A stretch of DNA of 51,901 bases, filler included, from Catajapyx aquilonaris (Eukaryota), in NCBI GenBank assembly GCA_000934665.2. It is 2 parts of 2 records of this genome, joined end to end, with 100 filler letters (N's around TTAATTAATTAA, not from the genome) between each part and the next. Parts side by side here need not be neighbours in the genome. Positions count along the whole stretch, not along the records: positions 26,002 to 51,901 come from JYFJ02005290.1; 1 more part is not named here. One strand, 5' to 3'. The notes below the pieces were generated by a model. The model did not search any database and had not been told where the DNA came from. It saw only the letters and a program-made list of their open reading frames with translations. This document shows, piece by piece, positions 51,021 to 51,901 of the stretch (its first letter is position 1; each line of letters begins with the position of its first letter). The translations under genes were made by a program, and so were the position numbers.

Positions 51021-51901
51021 AATTATTTTAGTGGCGAAGAATTTTTGGGAGCGTTTGAGAATTAAATCCTTTGAATTGCTAAGCCCTGATTGGCCTACAT
51101 TTTTGTACACAATGAGACAAGAATTTATTTATGTCGCAACTAATCACACACAAGGCTTAATTTCTAATTAGATCTAGCCAGAACTAATGAATTTCGCCTA
51201 ATTTATGTCTCTCGCTAATTAATTAGCGACCTTAGTTTCTGGCGTAACTGGTCAGCAGGTCAACGCGCGCCTTTTTTTTCCTGTAGGGGTTGCCGTACTT
51301 TCTACGAGGAAGTTACGTCCGACATGTCGTCCGGGACATGTCCAAATTAATTTTTCGCACGAAATGTCGCAAAATTCCAGATTTTCGCAATTAGTGTCAG
51401 TTTACGAAGAGTAATCGTCTGCTTGTTTTGCGTGTCTAGAACAGTTGGGACACCGGGAGGGGTCATGACCTCCAGGTCACAATTAAATCGTTGAGATGCT
51501 CTCCAGCTGTCTGGATGTGAAACCAAACCTGGAAAACCTTGAGGATTCGCAACCACACCCTGTCTTACCTGCGGTTCCGGTTTGATGTATTAAAGGCGTG
51601 CCACAAAATCGCGGTTATATGTCTTTGGTATTGCCGATTTGAGTTATATGATCGCCGAAAATACCATGGGTGAGATGGTACCACGCTTGGATCAAAAATG
51701 GCTGCCCCCAGTGAGGATAAACCGACCTGGGACTATATAGAAGGACATTCGTTTGCTCGGCAGTCCCGCCACACCCACCATCCTCTTGTGGGGCTTCGCC
51801 CCCTCCCTTACGGAAATTTTAAGGTTGTAGTGAGGTTGTATGTGGTTGTTCCATGGTTGCAAGGTTGTATTTTAGGTTGAAACGAGGTTGTTGCGAGGTT
51901 G

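Noticed and set aside
51698..51880. Possible first exon MAAPSEDKPTWDY...
   Set aside because: Good ATG context, but only a weak donor, no recognisable homology and it lies at the window edge; unsupported.

Overview
Eukaryotic genomic DNA, most likely an arthropod (inferred from the PRPF6 N-terminus, short GT-AG introns and arthropod-style SINEs/MITEs). It is not prokaryotic. An artificial 100-bp linker (N44-TTAATTAATTAA-N44, 25902-26001) joins two contigs that need not be adjacent. Contig 1 (1-25901) is gene-dense. I reconstructed six spliced genes by hand: a GTSF1/Asterix-like double CHHC zinc-finger protein (-), PRPF6 (+, 7 exons, 939 aa), DLAT/PDH-E2 (-, 5 exons, 528 aa), a MORN-repeat protein (+, 186 aa), the 3' half of an SDR16C-type dehydrogenase (-) and a secreted S1 serine protease (+, 308 aa). 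The SDR has two homologous candidate last exons. The protease appears to lie antisense inside an SDR intron and has a Gly189/Asp226 (brachyurin-like) pocket. The introns carry many MITEs, a long-TIR mariner remnant and SINEs. Contig 2 (26002-51901) is repeat-rich, with minisatellites, a 165-bp satellite, nested MITE>SINE>hAT insertions, Helitron-like elements and repeats carrying YY1-, CTCF- and RFX-like motifs. It also holds scattered, phase-compatible minus-strand exons of an unidentified acidic low-complexity protein. I found no CRISPR array, rRNA or genuine tRNA gene, and nothing here is a clearly new biological system. All exon calls are manual and unverified by transcripts.
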